Below are positions 54,631 to 54,700 of a stretch of 54,700 nucleotides of DNA, piece by piece. The stretch is from Deltaproteobacteria bacterium (GTDB lineage Bacteria > Myxococcota_A > Polyangia > Polyangiales > Polyangiaceae). The notes under the pieces are model-generated. The model saw nothing but the letters and a program-made list of their open reading frames with translations. It searched no databases and was not told the origin of the DNA. Numbering within the stretch: position 1 is the first letter of the stretch; each line of letters starts with the position of its first letter. Where the stretch lies: the NCBI GenBank assembly GCA_043785585.1, contig JAYVXB010000079.1:1-54700 (forward strand). Reading direction: 5' to 3'. The position numbers and the translations under genes were made by a program.

Positions 54631-54700
54631 TTCGCGGGAGCACCGCAACGCGTCACCTCGGACTCGACGCGGTCCACGAAGCGTCTCCGCAGCCAGAAAC

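Overview
This is a high-GC bacterial chromosomal segment (about 70% G+C by eye, not computed) with very high coding density. The gene content includes three sigma-54 enhancer-binding proteins within 13 kb, a GspD-type secretin tail, many lipoproteins, and Gly-rich and Pro/Gln-rich low-complexity proteins. This points to Myxococcota, but that is inference only. Because of the GC content, many long ORFs in the supplied track are antisense or alternative-frame artefacts. I accept about 50 CDS, and I re-derived several start codons by reading the DNA. The ORF track prints GTG/TTG starts as M.

Layout:
- 0-9.3 kb: yhbY (partial), a flippase-like membrane protein, hemW, relA/spoT, an internally duplicated lipoprotein, an ATP-grasp enzyme, a Pro/Gln-repeat membrane protein and a small hypothetical.
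- 9.4-15.2 kb: an OMF-MFP-RND efflux operon with GTGA start/stop overlaps.
- 15.2-29.9 kb: a regulatory, accessory-looking region. It holds two diverged direct copies of a module made of a paired-dyad element, a sigma-54 promoter, a sensor kinase and an NtrC-type regulator. It also holds two paralogous ~86-aa lipoproteins, a secretin C-terminal fragment + USP + SEC-C protein unit behind a further sigma-54-like promoter, chrA, a rhodanese-like lipoprotein and a third (PAS-type) sigma-54 activator.
- 29.9-35.5 kb: a sulfur-handling cluster (persulfide dioxygenase-like MBL, TauE, SoxB-like/5'-nucleotidase-family lipoprotein, two YeeE/YedE half-proteins) behind a strong sigma-54 promoter, plus thioredoxin-like and DUF302 genes.
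- 35.5-45.1 kb: an eight-gene, mostly start/stop-overlapping metal-efflux operon. It is headed by a BlaI-type repressor and a sensor-domain-less M56 (BlaR1-like) protease carrying a His/Cys-rich segment. These are followed by an MFP, a CzcA-type RND pump, a short P1B ATPase with a non-canonical SPAE motif, two DUF202 proteins and an MBL hydrolase whose lipoprotein signal peptide is in another frame.
- 45.1-54.7 kb: a P-type ATPase gene relic, thrC, aldehyde dehydrogenase, SCP2-alpha/beta hydrolase, DUF1993, EI24-like, LOG, beta-CASP RNase and a Gly-rich lipoprotein. Two long REP-like hairpins lie in this part.

I recognised no rRNA, tRNA, CRISPR array, transposase or integrase. The best candidates for something undescribed are (i) the BlaI/M56-headed metal efflux operon and (ii) the sigma-54 circuit built from a repeated ~40-bp paired GGGA-N5-TCCC element, duplicated two-component modules and a small PPWWDAPE lipoprotein family. 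All family calls come from motif recognition by eye; no database search was possible.
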